A DNA stretch of 64,000 nucleotides from positions 31,620,001 through 31,684,000 of the forward strand of contig OZ024746.1 of the NCBI GenBank assembly GCA_964016885.1, in the 5' to 3' direction. Source of the DNA: Eledone cirrhosa. Taxonomy: Eukaryota. Position numbers and translations under genes: made by a program. A model generated the notes under the pieces. It saw only the letters and a list, made by a program, of their open reading frames with translations. It searched no databases and was not told the DNA's origin. Of the stretch, positions 23,367 through 36,491 are shown piece by piece. The stretch's first letter is position 1. Each line of letters opens with the position of its first letter.

Positions 23367-25683
23367 AACAGTCACATAATTTCTTCATTATTCTCCACAT
23401 ATTTTCAGTTCCTTATGATGATTATTTTAAACATATACAAGAATGTTATGCTTTAATGAAAGACAACCCAAATGCTCTTATCGTAACGTATGAAGAAATG
23501 AAAGAGGTATTTATATATATATATATATTTATAAAATTCATAAGAATGTTAAAAGCTTGATCAAATTTTTTGACTTAACACATATTTGTTTATTTCTCAT
23601 TATGTAGGTATAGTTTTAACATAACAGAAGAAAATGTGAAGGCACTTTGGTGTAATGGTAGCATGTCTGCCCAGCGAGTATGAAGATGGGGGTTCATATC
23701 CCGTAGATGCTAATGTTCAATTTCACTATTAAAGGGCCTTATATGCCCTATTATTTAGAATATTTTTCTATGCACAAGGCCAGCAATTGTTTTGGACGGG
23801 GGGGGGAGGGTTGATTAAATTGACCATAGTGCATTACAGGTGCTTTATTTTATCGAGTCCGTAAGGATAAAAGGCAAAGTTAACCTTGGCGGGATTTGAA
23901 CTCATAATGTAAAGGGATGTAACTCTATGCTGCAAAGCATGGTGTCTGACACCCTACCATTACTGTCAATCCACTACCCTATGATAATAATAATAATAAT
24001 AATAATAATCAAAAGAGAGTAATCATTATAGAGAAAAATAGAAACCTAACAGTGTTTTTAATGTTGTTTTATTTTATTTATTATCCTTCCTTGTTTAAGA
24101 TAAAAAGCAGACAACGAAATGATGGAAGGTAGAAAGTAAATGAATCACTACCTCCTTATGGACAACTGATACTGCATACCAGGTCCGAATACAGAAGAGC
24201 CAAACACCCACTGTCATTGACTCCATCTCTCTGGCCCTCCCCATTTCTCCCTATTATGAGCAAATGGGGACCCATGTGCTGGCCGCCCCATGGCCCTGGC
24301 AGACAGAATGGAGAAGGTGTTTCCCTGGAGCATGGTAAGGGAGATGTGCTGGAAGAGCCATTCCATCTCGCGAAATTCACACCTGTGGCTAGCTAGGTCA
24401 GCGCCTATGGTGGTAAGTAGGGAGGTAGCACTAAGGTCAACGACACCAGAAGTTTCCACTGGTAGGGGCTCAAATACAAACCAAATTAGGAGATTTGAAA
24501 TTTGTAGAAGACAATAGAAACAGAGAAATAGAAAACATAAAACCAAATCTAGAACACAGTACAAGAAATACAACAATAATTTATAAAACAGATACAAAGT
24601 ACATTGTATTAAATATAAAAATATTGTTTCTACTTTTGGCACAAGGCCAGCAATTATCCCAGTGCATTACTGGAACTTTATTTTATCGATCTCTTAATGA
24701 TGAAAGGCAAAGTTAACCTTGGCGGGATTTGAACTCAGACCGTAAAGGGCCATAACTCTATGCTGCGAAGCATGGAGTTCGACCCTCTACCGATACTGCC
24801 AATCCACCGCCCTTATAAAAATATAAAAAAGTTTATAATTTCACTTGAAAATTTCTTTTTAACAGGATCTAATTAAAGTAGTGTCACATATTGCTAATTT
24901 CTTGGGGAAACCAATCAGTGGTGAACTAATTAAAAATATTGCTGACATGTGTACATTTGATAAAATGAAATCTGAAGAGAAAATATACACACAATATTAT
25001 CCTGATAATGGGTTCAAAGAAGGTGCAACTTACCTCCATTCTGGTAAATATAATAACTTACCTTATTCCAATACATCGTTGCATGTAATAAATTAAACTA
25101 TACCTGCTTTTCTTTATACAGTTGCCTTCTTTCATACACATCACATCTTACTAGGTCTACCTCTTCCACAATATCTCTCCACTGAGATTTCTCTGCACTC
25201 TTTTACAGCTGACATCTTCCATACACCTCCCAAGTCTTCCTGGGTCTCCCTCTTCTACAAATCCCAACAAGTGAAACTGGTGTAATATTCACCTCAAAAG
25301 TGAAACTGGTGTAATATCCACCTCCTAAGTAAAACCAGTGTAATATTTACCTCCAAAATGAAACTAGTGTAATATTCAAAGTAAAAATATTTTAGCATCT
25401 TATTTATGTAGAATTTGAAGTGGATGAAAATCAGCAAAATATTGACCTCAAGTATAAGTCACCACCTGCTCCAATTTTACTATCAATTTTTTGTCATATG
25501 TTTCTCAACTTAAATATGTGTATATACAGTATATATGTATATGTATGTATATATATTCTTTCCTTAATGTTTTCAGGTAAATTGGACACATGGAAAAAAT
25601 GGTTGACTGTGGAGCAAAGTGAAATAATAGATGCAAGAATCCAGTCAGAATTTACAGAACGAGGAATCAAATTTAATTCTTGA
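19586..25683 (+). CDS. Cytosolic sulfotransferase-fold protein, gene 2 (299 aa): join(19586..19784,22964..23281,23409..23506,24866..25043,25577..25683)
   Basis: [15 protein letters not shown]|[63 protein letters not shown] introns; exons 2-5 have the same lengths as in gene 1 (318/98/178/107); sum 900 nt. Confidence 0.93.
20704..21641 (+). mobile_element. 5'-truncated RTE-clade LINE (family B) with long 3' UTR and an internal ~112-bp tandem duplication
   Basis: [20 protein letters not shown]...[11 protein letters not shown]...GRPRKTW, stop 21154; UTR colinear with the 61869-62800(-) copy; (GAT)n tail. Confidence 0.92.
22206..22640 (+). mobile_element. Non-autonomous or internally deleted RTE (BovB-like) remnant between (TATG)n tracts
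   Basis: Terminal zinc finger [24 protein letters not shown]; 3' stem-loop CTCG-AAAA-CGAG also seen at ~43615(-). Confidence 0.6.
22964..23281 (+). CDS. SULT gene 2 coding exon 2
   Basis: Acceptor [17 protein letters not shown]...KGE, donor GTAAGG. Confidence 0.92.
23409..23506 (+). CDS. SULT gene 2 coding exon 3
   Basis: Acceptor ATTTTCAG, (V)[13 protein letters not shown]...TYEEMKE, donor GTATTT. Confidence 0.9.
23765..23980 (-). mobile_element. tRNA-derived SINE (family 1)
   Basis: Reverse complement of the family-1 sequence. Confidence 0.85.
24150..24490 (-). mobile_element. 3' fragment of a CRE-like non-LTR retrotransposon (restriction-like endonuclease end)
   Basis: [10 protein letters not shown]...IGADLA...[14 protein letters not shown] resembles the F.P.AVET.G...QR.S.A.QRGN terminus of CRE-clade elements (recalled motif). 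Confidence 0.55.
24622..24813 (-). mobile_element. tRNA-derived SINE (family 1)
   Basis: Full-length reverse copy ending CCACCGCCC. Confidence 0.9.
24866..25043 (+). CDS. SULT gene 2 coding exon 4
   Basis: Acceptor [22 protein letters not shown]...YLHS, donor GTAAAT. Confidence 0.9.
25269..25385. repeat. ~29-bp tandem repeat, 4 copies
   Basis: AAGTGAAACTGGTGTAATATTCACCTC variants. Confidence 0.85.
25577..25683 (+). CDS. SULT gene 2 coding exon 5
   Basis: Acceptor [22 protein letters not shown]...FNS, TGA. Confidence 0.92.
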
Positions 25684-28600
25684 ATTATTCGTTAGAAGTC
25701 AGTATTTTGTACTCAAAATTTGAGATCAAATACAAAAGTTTTATGAATGTCTGATTAAAACATATTTTTGTATATTTGATAATTCTTAATGAATGTTTGT
25801 TTTAGATTTGGTCATTTGATAAGCAAACTAAAAGCTAATCTGTTCAAACATTTGTTTTACATTTTATTTAGGGCTAAATAAAAACAAATAAAACATTGAT
25901 TATGTTTAAACTGGTGTATATTTTGTGTAAAAAGTGTGTTTCGCTGTTGAAAAGGGATGGTAAGTGTGTATGCAAGAGAGAGTGGTGGTGGCAGTGGTAA
26001 TGGTATCAGGAACACTAAACATTAAAAAAAAATTCCATATCTTCTTCTTCTCCTCCTCCTTCCCACTCCTCCCAACATCAGTGAAATTGAATATATTGGT
26101 GACAGCCTGACTTCCACAAAACACCTTGCCCAGTATTGTGCTTTAGACAATCAAACCTAAAGTCACTCAGTCATGAGTACAATAGTAATGTTTGATCTGT
26201 CATAACTGTCCATTACTTATGACCAGTCAAACATGGGTACATTAGCAATGGTCGATCAGTTGGGCTGATGGTCCGACAAAGATCCCACATTCAACTGAGT
26301 GCATTTTATTATGGCACCAACTCTAGGGAAGTTGTCATATCCTTGGCATAGCTGAATAGTCCTCTGGACTCTTTGTTTGGCAGGTTTTCTATGACAGGAT
26401 GTCCTTCCTATTCCAAAACATTTTATAGAGTGTGTCTGGTGCATTTATCACGCATATCACTAACACTAAAGAAGTTGTCATGTCCCTGACACAACGAAAG
26501 AGTTCACATATTCCACAGATATGTCCTGATCAAGAACAAATTGGAATATAGAACAAAATTAAATATTCATTGAACCTGGGCATCTTTCTAAGCAAATATA
26601 AATAAATAGATTATATAAAAACACATTAAATAAAGAAGATGGTATTCAGTGAAAAAAGGGAATTGAAATATTTTGCAGTGGTTATAAAAAATAAATGATG
26701 TGTTCTGTGTTAATCTGCTGCTATTCAGAAAATGAAAATTATGAAGCAACAGCTGCAAATATTTGAAATGATCTCAGAATAGTAAATTGATGTCAATGGA
26801 ATAACTTGTAAAGTAAACTAAAGACTTGGGGACTGTAATAATTTGATTATTAATGTGTAAATAATAGATGATGTTGCAAGATGTTTCTTAGTTTGGATTG
26901 AAGGAAGGGAATCAATAAAACTAACAAATATTTGATCTCAAAATCGTTCAAACTACATTGGCAAAGTAAATAAGACTTGACATAACAGAAATATACAATA
27001 AATAAACAATAAATAAACAATATATAACATAGTAACAGAAAATCATGTATTATCTTTCTATCTTACAGTTCAGCCTATAAGGTAATAGTGCTGGAGTCAC
27101 AATAAAATGCTCCCAGTATACCCTTTAAAGTAATTGGTGTTAGGAAAGACATCCAGCCATAGAAAACGTGGTCCCAGTACATGCTGTAAAATGGTTGGTG
27201 TTAAAAAGGACATCCAGCTATAGAAACCAAGCCAAAACAAAGTGTATTAACATGGGCTAGTAATCTGACCAGTCTAGTCTCAGTGTAAAACATGCAAATA
27301 TGATGTTGCAAGATGTTTCTTAGTTTGGATTGAAGGAAGGGAATCAATAAAAATAACAAACATTTTATCTCAAAATCGTTCAAACTACATTGGCAAAGTA
27401 AATAAGACTTGACATAACAGAAATATACAATAAATAAACAATATACATTAAACAGTGATGATGATAATGATGATGATTATGATTCTGGTAATATTTGAAC
27501 TCAGAACACAGAGCAAATGCCTTCTAATGCCAAATAACTCTGCTAACCTATTGTTCCATTCTAATCTATATATGAAAATATTTTTGTTCAGAATGAGTTG
27601 AATGACTAAATAGAATATTATGACAAAAATATATGACTATGTGTTTAAAAAAAACACTTTGAATTAATCATTAGAACACTGGATAGAATTCTTTGAGGTA
27701 TTTATTCCAATTTTCTGTGATCTAAGTTCAAATCCTACCAAGGTCAACATTACATTTCATCCTTTTAAGATAGCTAAATAAAGTATCTGTCTAGTACTGG
27801 TGGGGGTGGGTGATTCTTCCATCTATGTCTCTTTCTAACTCTCACATACTTTGGAAGAAATTGGCTGTGTCCAGACCATGATATCATTACAGTATCCCTA
27901 TGACTCCACCAGGAGTTAAGAGTTTATATATACATGCATGTAGGTAACACAGTAAAAACCTCCCAGTCCACACTGTAAACGTGGTTGGTGTTAGGAAGGG
28001 CATCCAGCCGTAGAAAACCCGCCAGACAATCCTGAGCAACACAACCAATCTTGCCTCAAGTGGGACAGACAATTCCCGTCCAGACCCATGCTAGCGTGGA
28101 AAATGGACGTTAAACGATGATGATGATGATGATGATGCATACTTTTGAAGTAAAAATATTATAACTACTTCATGTTTTATCTAAAACAACTTCATTTGCT
28201 ATTCATTGTTTTAGGCCTTTTTCACCTATTTCTTTTTTACCTATGAATAAATTACTTCAGAAATATATTTTTAATTAGTGGTAGGAAAACCACTAATTAA
28301 AATATATATCCTTGCTTTGTTTTGTTTTTTACCTATGCAAAAATTTTTTCAGAAATATAATTTTATTTACTTATTATGATAATTAGAATTGATAACATTA
28401 TTTGTCTAGGGGAGTTTGTCTAGTTTGCAGTATTATATTGACATACAAAATATTATACGGCAACTGTCAGTTCTTCTTAGTAGGTAAACAAAGGCCTTAG
28501 ATATGTATATCTAGTGACACCATTTATTTAAATGACGATGATGATGATGATGATCTTGGTTTATTTAATCTACACAGATGAAAGAAATAATGATGACACA

Positions 28601-29406
28601 GAAAATAAAATATGTCAGCTCTTGTCAAAAAGATATATTTAGAAATACTTCTGAGTAACATACAATTGAGTAAAGCTGCATTGTTCAATACAAAAGACAC
28701 AACCTGCATATTTTTAGTTAGTGGTAAGAAAATCATATATTTTTGATGTAATCAATATTATAATTACTTGGAATAATTTTATATATATATATATATACTA
28801 TTTATTCACTTTTAGACTTAAGTAGTAGAGATATATTTGAAAAATTCAATTATTCAGGTGAAAGTTTATATATACAGTTTATCAATATAGAAATGTAAAA
28901 TTTCTACTGTTGAGTCAGAACAATTATTTCAGAATATCACATGACTTTGACAGAAGAAAAATTTTAACTTCAGATGTATAATCAATATCATCCTTTAGAA
29001 AATCTAACACAAGATTTTACTCAGAACTCATAAATCTTTTAATATAAATATTTGGTGAATTACAGCAAAATATTTCCTCTGAACTGAGATTCATAGAAAC
29101 ATTTCTCTTTTTCACTAAATGGAAAGTGTACAAGAAGATATTGCACTCTTATTAAAGTTGGGTAAATTTACAAAGGAATTTGCAGCATTTCAGATGTCAA
29201 CAGTTGATGGAAATATTTGTTAGAAATAAACTCTAAAAACAAACCAAGAAAAATATCTCTCTCTGTGCTGAAAGAAAACAATTGTGGAAAGATATTAGAC
29301 ACATTTAACCCTTTAATGTTCAAACCGGCCAAAATTCTCTACCTCTTTCTGTTGAAACTGGCTGTAACTAGTCGCTCAAACTGATGTTAAAGTATTGTTC
29401 TCAAAA
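25594..29406 (+). repeat. Source segment of a local inverted segmental duplication
   Basis: Present as reverse complement, in permuted order, within 29868-38533. Confidence 0.92.
27938..28137 (+). mobile_element. RTE family B 3'-end fragment
   Basis: GTTAGGAAGGGCATCCAGCC...GGACGTTAAAC(GAT)n; mirrored at 38294-38495(-). Confidence 0.85.
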
Positions 29407-29518
29407 TAAATACTTTCAAAATCTCATAGATTCGATATTATGTGAGATAATTATGTGAGGTAAAGCCTTTACCATGAAAATATAATAGTATATATAAAAT
29501 AATGTGAATGCTAAAGGG
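29309..29518 (+). mobile_element. piggyBac-type MITE
   Basis: TTAA|CCCTTTA ... TAAAGGG|TTAA; multiple copies in the window. Confidence 0.88.
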
Positions 29519-29569
29519 TTAAAAGATTTATTTTTTTCCTGAAGAGATTTTGAAGGGAAAAGGAAAATC

Positions 29570-29840
29570 ATACCACTGTGACATCTATGGTAAACCATAC
29601 TATGAGTCAAGTTCCTTAGCTAAACACTAATATATTCATACAGAAGAGTAATCATATCACTGTGATATTTGTGGTAAATCATTCTCTCCTTCAAGTATCT
29701 TAGCTAACCATAAATATGTTCATACAGGAAAGAAACCACACCACTGTGATATCTGTGGTAAATCATTCTCTAAAATAAAAAGCAAATTAAGTCGACATCT
29801 ATGCATTCGTACAGAAGTGTAACAGTATCAGTGTAAAAAA
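29570..29840 (+). pseudogene. Decayed C2H2 zinc-finger array
   Basis: [44 protein letters not shown]; in-frame stop and broken flanking fingers. Confidence 0.85.
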
Positions 29841-29981
29841 TCATTGTATAAAACTATTGTCTTTTTAATAGGGATGCTGTGATTATATCATGGTCTGGAC
29901 ACAGCTAATTTAATCCAAAGAATGTGAGAGTTAGAAAGAGACATAGATGGAAGAATCACCTACCCCACCAGTACTAGACAG

Positions 29982-32900
29982 TTTGTTTCCTCATGTCCAT
30001 CGGCGGCAGGTCCTGGAAATATGAACGCAGATGGGACACGTAGGAAATCAGATCTTGTGTAGCAAGATCGACAGGGGCAAGCATTTGCCCAGGCAACGCT
30101 AGAGGAGCCCCATACAATAATTTGGCCGGGGAGAACCCAAGGTCCACCTTTATTGATGACCGGATCCCCACAACACAATAGCGAGGTACTCGCTCCAACG
30201 CGTAGAGTCAGAAGAAGTCCGTAGAGCGGCTTTTAGTTGTCGGTGGAAACGCTCCACCATTCCGTTAGATGCAGGATGATACGATGTTGTTTGGATGCGT
30301 TTAGCACCCATGATCTTCGTTAATTCATAGAAGAGATTCGATTCAAACTGCCTTCCATGGTTCGTTGTAGTCGTGGTTGCCACTCCAAAGCGGGCAATCC
30401 ATCCTGATACTAGGGCACGCACTGTTGTTTCAGCAGTGATGTCTATCAAGGGGATGGCTTCAGGCCATCGCGAAAAACGATCAATAACAGTCAATAGATA
30501 AGTATGACCACCACTGACTGGCCAAGGTCCCATGATGTCCACATGAATGTGCTGGAAACAGGCGTCCGGTGTACTGACAGTACCGAGTGGAGCCTTAACG
30601 TGTTTATGGATTTTCGATTTCTGGTAAGTGATGCAGGAATGGCACCAAGCAGTAATATCGTGCCTCATATTTGGCCAGAAGAATCTGGCTGTTATGAGCT
30701 TTACTGTGGCAGAAGATCCTGGGTGGAAAATGCTGTGTAAAGCAAGAAACACATTACAACGATGGTTTAGCGGGACGAATGGTCTCGGTGAATCCAAGGA
30801 AATGTCACAGAGAATATGTCCGTCTGTGGTGGGCAATGGCAGGTATTTCAAATTACTCGTCGCAAATTCGGCTGATGTAATATCCAACGATTCCAGTGCA
30901 GGTTGGTCTGCTGCCAAGTGATTTAAATCGATGTCGTGGGATGACTCAATCGAACTGATCGGCAATCGAGACAGGGCGTCAGCCGTTGTGTTCAATGAGC
31001 CTGGAATGTGTTGGATGTCATTTGTGAATTGCGAGATAAAGTCGAGATGACTTGTTTCTCTGGGCGAGTACTTGTCGGACTTTGCCCTTAAAGCGAAGGT
31101 CAAATGTTTATGTAAAATACCTTCCTTCGAGCATATGTGAAAAATGTTTCACAGAAAGGTAGAGGGCTAACAGCTCCCAACTAAAGGTGCTGTAACGAGT
31201 TTCTGCAGGTTTCAACTTCCTGGAGAAAAATTCCAATGGTTGTTGCTGATCGTCACTACTCTGTTGTAAGACTGCACCCACTGCAGTATCCGACGCATCA
31301 ACACAAAGCGAAAGCTTGGCATTGGACACTGGGTGGGCCAGAAAAGATGCACTAGCAAATGCTGATTTGGCTTTTTGAAAATCCTTGAGCTGAGTCTGAG
31401 TCAAAGAGATTTCCTTGTTCTTCTTGCGACAATTTTTCAGAATCTCCGTAAGAGAGAAGAGTAGATCAGCACAATACGGAACAAAACGTCTATAGAAATT
31501 TATCAGTCCTAGGAATTGTCGCAACTGACGAAGTGAGGTCGGCGGAGGCAAATTCTCTATAGCCTGAACTCGTTGAGGGAGGGGTCGAATACCCTCGGAG
31601 TCAATGACATGACCTAAAAAATTCAGTGATTCCGCACCGAAAACACATTTTGTGGGATTTATTTGAACACTGTAATCCTTGAGTCGACAAAACAAAAGAT
31701 TCAAATGACGTATGTGTTCTTCTCTGGAGGAACTAGCAATAAGCAGATCATCATCAATATAAGTGTAGACAAAGTCTAAACCATGAGTGACCTCATATAT
31801 GAAGCGTTGAAAGGTGCTAGCAGCATTCCTACGTCCGAAAGGCATGGTAAGAAATTTGAAAGATCCAAATGGAGTCGTAATGGCCGTTTTTTGGAATATC
31901 TTCTTTCTTGACAGGAATCTGATGATAAGCTCACAAATCGAGCTTTGAGAAAACTTTACATCCCTGCAACGACGATGCAAAATCTTGCAGATGTGGAATA
32001 GGATATCTCTCCGGGACAGTTATAGCATTTAACTTCCTATAATCCCCAGTGGGTCTCCAGTTGCCAGAAGTCTTGGGTACCATGTGCAACGGAGAAGCCC
32101 AAGGGCTCGTAAGACAGGCGAATTATGCCTAGCTGTAGCATATGATCGAACTCGGACCGTGCTGCCTTCAATTTGTCTGCAGGCAAGCGGCAAGGACGGG
32201 AAAACACTGGAGCACCAGTAGTGGAGATGAAATGTACGGTTGAGTGAGTTGGTTCAACAACTCGAAAATTTCCCTGAGTAAGCTGTGGGAAAGAATTCAA
32301 CAATGCATGATAGGCATTCCCAGCATTAGCGATGAAGAAGGTCAGGCTAACCGTTGGAAAATTAGCTTTCTGGCCACGAAGAGAAAAACCAGTAATGCCG
32401 TCTACTAGGCATCGGCCACGGACGTCCACCATCAATGCAAAATGGTGTAAAAAATCCGCTCCCAAGATCGGATATGGTAGGTCAGCAACCGTAAAAATCC
32501 ATTTGAATTCTCGTCGAAGATTTCTGAATTGCAGAGGAAGTGAGATTTGTCCAAAAGTCCGTATCGGCGAATGATTGACAGCTTGTAGATTCATTGATGA
32601 CTCAGGAGGAGTTTCTTTAACACAATTCACCGGCCAAATGCTGCAAGAGGCTCCCGTATCTATGAGGAAAGATCTTCCTGACAGGAGGTCCTCAATAAAG
32701 AAGTGGCGGTTTGGATGTGTAGCACAGAGATCAGCTGCTGCCTTCAGTGACTCTGGTTTGCGTTTCCCGAAGTTGAATAGTTACATGGTGGCCGGCAGTG
32801 TTTTGCTTTATCAGCGAAGGTGGCATGATACCAGCAAAAAGATGAATTGCTGGCGGGCAAGCTGGTGTTACGGCGTGAAGTCGCGAATGGCTTCTTGGCC

Positions 32901-33816
32901 GCCTGGGAGATGGCCTACTCTCCCTACATAATTTCGCGACTTGACGCGTCAATGCATTAATTGTCTTCAACATGGCATCCTCGTGTGTCAAGACGGGTTG
33001 GTTCGGAAAGGTCGAAGAGGCAACAAGCGAGTCCGACGAGGTAGTTTCCCTAGAGAATTCCACAATTTGATTGGCAGACGCAGCGATCTGCTCCACCGAG
33101 CTCGAGTCCACTATGTTAGCCAATATAATCTGGACATTGTTTGGCAAGCGAGAGAAAAATAGCTTTTTGATAAATGAACTATCCTCATCGGGCGATTCAC
33201 TGAGGTCCCGAATGTGGCGTAAAAATTCGGACGGCGACCTGGCGCCTAAACTCTCGTCCTCTAATAATGTACGAAACCTGCTTTCAGCAGAATGGCAGTT
33301 TCATCATCATCATCATGATCATCATCGTTTAACGTCCATCTTCCACGCTTGCATGGGTTTGTTCCTTAATATTTCCGTTCTCAACGAATCATACGAAGTA
33401 CCGATTGGCGGGTCCGTTATTAAATCTTTCACCGTGGTGGCGAGCGATGAAGGTATACCACTAATCAAAACATTGAGTTTCTGCTCTGTTTTAATTCCAT
33501 TTGAAGCAAAATATGTGTCCAGTTGCGCAAACCAGAGCTTGGGATCACCGGAGAATGCAGGTAAATTAGGACTATTCATCATTAGCATGTATCAGTTCGA
33601 CATAAAAATACTAAAAGATATCCAAGTAAAGAAATGCAACGCGTGTTAGATATTTGGAACAACGGGAAAACAACACAAATTTTCCTCAACATCCATGAAG
33701 AAAGAAGAAAAAAGGAAAATAAAAACGTAGGTTACACCAGGGGTCACTATCGTCACAAAGGGACGCAACTCTTATTCTAGTTCTGATGTCCCCCGCAAAG
33801 GGGTGAGGGCACTACA
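29982..33816 (-). mobile_element. Ty3/Gypsy LTR retrotransposon, decayed (gag, protease, RT, RNase H, integrase); 3' end deleted, 5' LTR remnant
   Basis: WFAQL gag, FLIDTGA protease, MPFG/YIDD RT, VDASD RNase H, H-H-C zinc finger and [16 protein letters not shown] integrase. TGTAGT start at 33816; PBS-like TAGTGACCCC at 33749-33740. Confidence 0.95.
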
Positions 33817-35765
33817 GATACTTTATTTAGCTATCTTAAAAGGATGAAATGTAATGTTGACCTTGGTAGGATTTGAATTTAGATCACAGAAAACTGGAAT
33901 AAATACCTCAAAGAATTATATCTAGTGTTCTAATGATTAATTCATGTATATATAAACTCTTAACTTCTGGTGGAGTCATAGGGATACTGTAATGATATCA
34001 TGGTCTGGACACAGCCAATTTCTTCCAAAGTATGTGAGAGTTAGAAAGAGACATAGATGGAAGAATCACCCACCCCCACCAGTACTAGACAGATACTTTA
34101 TTTAGCTATCTTAAAAGGATGAAATGTAATGTTGACCTTGGTAGGATTTGAACTTAGATCACAGAAAATTGGAATAAATACCTCAAAGAATTCTATCCAG
34201 TGTTCTAATGATTAATTCAAAGTGTTTTTTTTAAACACATAGTCATATATTTTTGTCATAATATTCTATTTAGTCATTCAACTAGCTGTCAAGTCATTCT
34301 GAACAAAAATATTTTCATATATAGATTAGAATGGAACAATAGGTTAGCAGAGTTATTTGGGCATTAGAAGGCATTTGCTCTGACTCTGGCTGAACTGTAA
34401 GATAGAAAGATAATACATGATTTTCTGTTACTATGTTATATATTGTTTATTTATTGTATATTTCTGTTATGTCAAGTCTTATTTACTTTGCCAATGTAGT
34501 TTGAACGATTTTGAGATAAAATATTTGTTAGTTTTATTGATTCCCTTCCTTTAATCCAAACTAAGAAACATCTTGCAACATCATCTATTATTTACACATT
34601 AATAATCAAATTATTACAGTCCCCAAGTCTATAGTTTACTTTACAAGTTATTCCATTGACATCAGTTTACTATTCTGAGATCATTTCAAATATTTGCAGC
34701 TGTTGCTTCATAATTTTCATTTCCTGAATAGCAGCAGATTAACACAGAACACATCATTTATTTTTTATAACCACTGCAAAATATTTCAATTCCCTTTTTC
34801 ACTGAATACCATCTTCTTTATTTAATGTGTTTTTATATAATCTATTTATTTATATTTGCTTAGAAAGATGCCCAGATTCAATGAATATTTAATTTTGTTC
34901 TTTATTCCAATTTATTCTTGATCAGGACATATCTGTGGAATATGTGAACTCTTTAGTTGTGTCAGGGACATGACAACTTCTTTAGTGTTAGTGATATGCA
35001 TGATAAATGCACCAGGCACACTCTATAAAATGTTTTGGAATAGGAAGGACATCCTGTCATAGAAAACCTGCCAAACAAAGAGTCCAGAGGACTATTCAGC
35101 TATGCCAAGGATATGACAACTTCCCTAGAGTTGGTGCACTCAGTTGAATGTGGGATCTTTGTCGGACCATCAGCCCAACTGATCGACCATTGCTAATGTA
35201 CTCATGTTTGACTGGCCATAAGTAATGGTCAGTTATGACAGATCAAACATTACTATTGTACTCATGACTGAGTGACTTTAGGTTTGATTGTCTAAAGCAC
35301 AATACTGGGCAAGGTGTTTTGTGGAAGTCAGGCTGTCACCAATATATTCAATTTCACCGATGTTGGAAGGAGGGGGGGGGGGGGGGGAAGAAGAAGAAGA
35401 AGAAGATTTGGAATTTTTTTTAATGTTTAGTGTTCCTGATACCATTACCACTGCCACCACCACCACCACTCTCTCTTGCATACACACTTACCATCCCTTT
35501 TCAACAGCGAAACACACTTTTTACACAAAATATACACCAGTTAAAACATAATCAATGTTTTATTTGTTTTTATTTAGCCCTAAATAAAATGTAAAACAAA
35601 TGTTTGAACAGATTAGCTTTTAGTTTGCTTATCAAATGACCAAATCTAAAACAAACATTCATTAAGAATTATCAAATATACAAAAATATGTTTTAATCAG
35701 ACATTCATAAAACTTTTGTATTTGGTCTCAAATTTTGAGTACAAAATACTGACTTCTAACGAATA

Positions 35766-35857
35766 ATTCAAGAATTAAATTTGATTCCTTGTTCTGTGAA
35801 TTCTGACTGGATTCTTGCATCTATTATTTCACTTTGCTCCACAGTCAACCATTTTTT
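35766..35857 (-). pseudogene. Orphan inverted copy of most of the SULT gene 2 last exon
   Basis: Reverse complement of 25594-25683 ([22 protein letters not shown]..); lacks the splice acceptor. Confidence 0.88.
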
Positions 35858-36491
35858 GAGAACAATACCTTAACATCAGTTTGAGCGACCAGTTACAGCT
35901 AGTTTCAACAGAAAGTGGTAGAGAATTCTGGCCGGTTTTGGCCGGTTTGAACAATAAAGGGTTAAATGTGTTTAATATCTTCCCACAATTGTTTTCTTTC
36001 AGCACAGAGAGAGAGATTTTTCTTGGTTTGTTTTTAGAATTTATTTCTAACAAATATTTCCATCAACTGTTGACATCTGAAATGCTGCAAATTCCTTTGT
36101 AAATTTACCCAACTTTAATAAGAATGCAATATCTTCTTGTACACTTTCCATTTAGTGAAAAAGAGAAATGTTTCTATGAATCTCAGTTCAGAGGAAATAT
36201 TTTGCTGTAATTTACCAAATATTTATATTAAAAGATTTATGAGTTCTGAGTAAAATCTTGTGTTAGATTTTCTAAAGGATGATATTGATGATACATCTGA
36301 AGTTAAAATTTTTCTTCTGTCAAAGTCATGTGATATTCTGAAATAATTGTTCTGACTCAACAGTAGAAATTTTACATTTCTATATTGATAAACTGTATAT
36401 ATAAACTTTCACCTGAATAATTGAACTTTTCAAATATATTTCTACATCTTAAGTCTAAAAGTGAATAAATAGTATATATATATATATATAA

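Noticed and set aside
29978-29981. ACAG as a true Gypsy TSD (also at 33814-33817)
   Set aside because: The left junction lies within integrase-coding sequence that itself contains these bases, so microhomology-mediated deletion fits better than an LTR end.
35766-35965. Third functional SULT gene on - strand
   Set aside because: Only part of the last exon is present, fused to a MITE half, with no acceptor and no upstream exons found.
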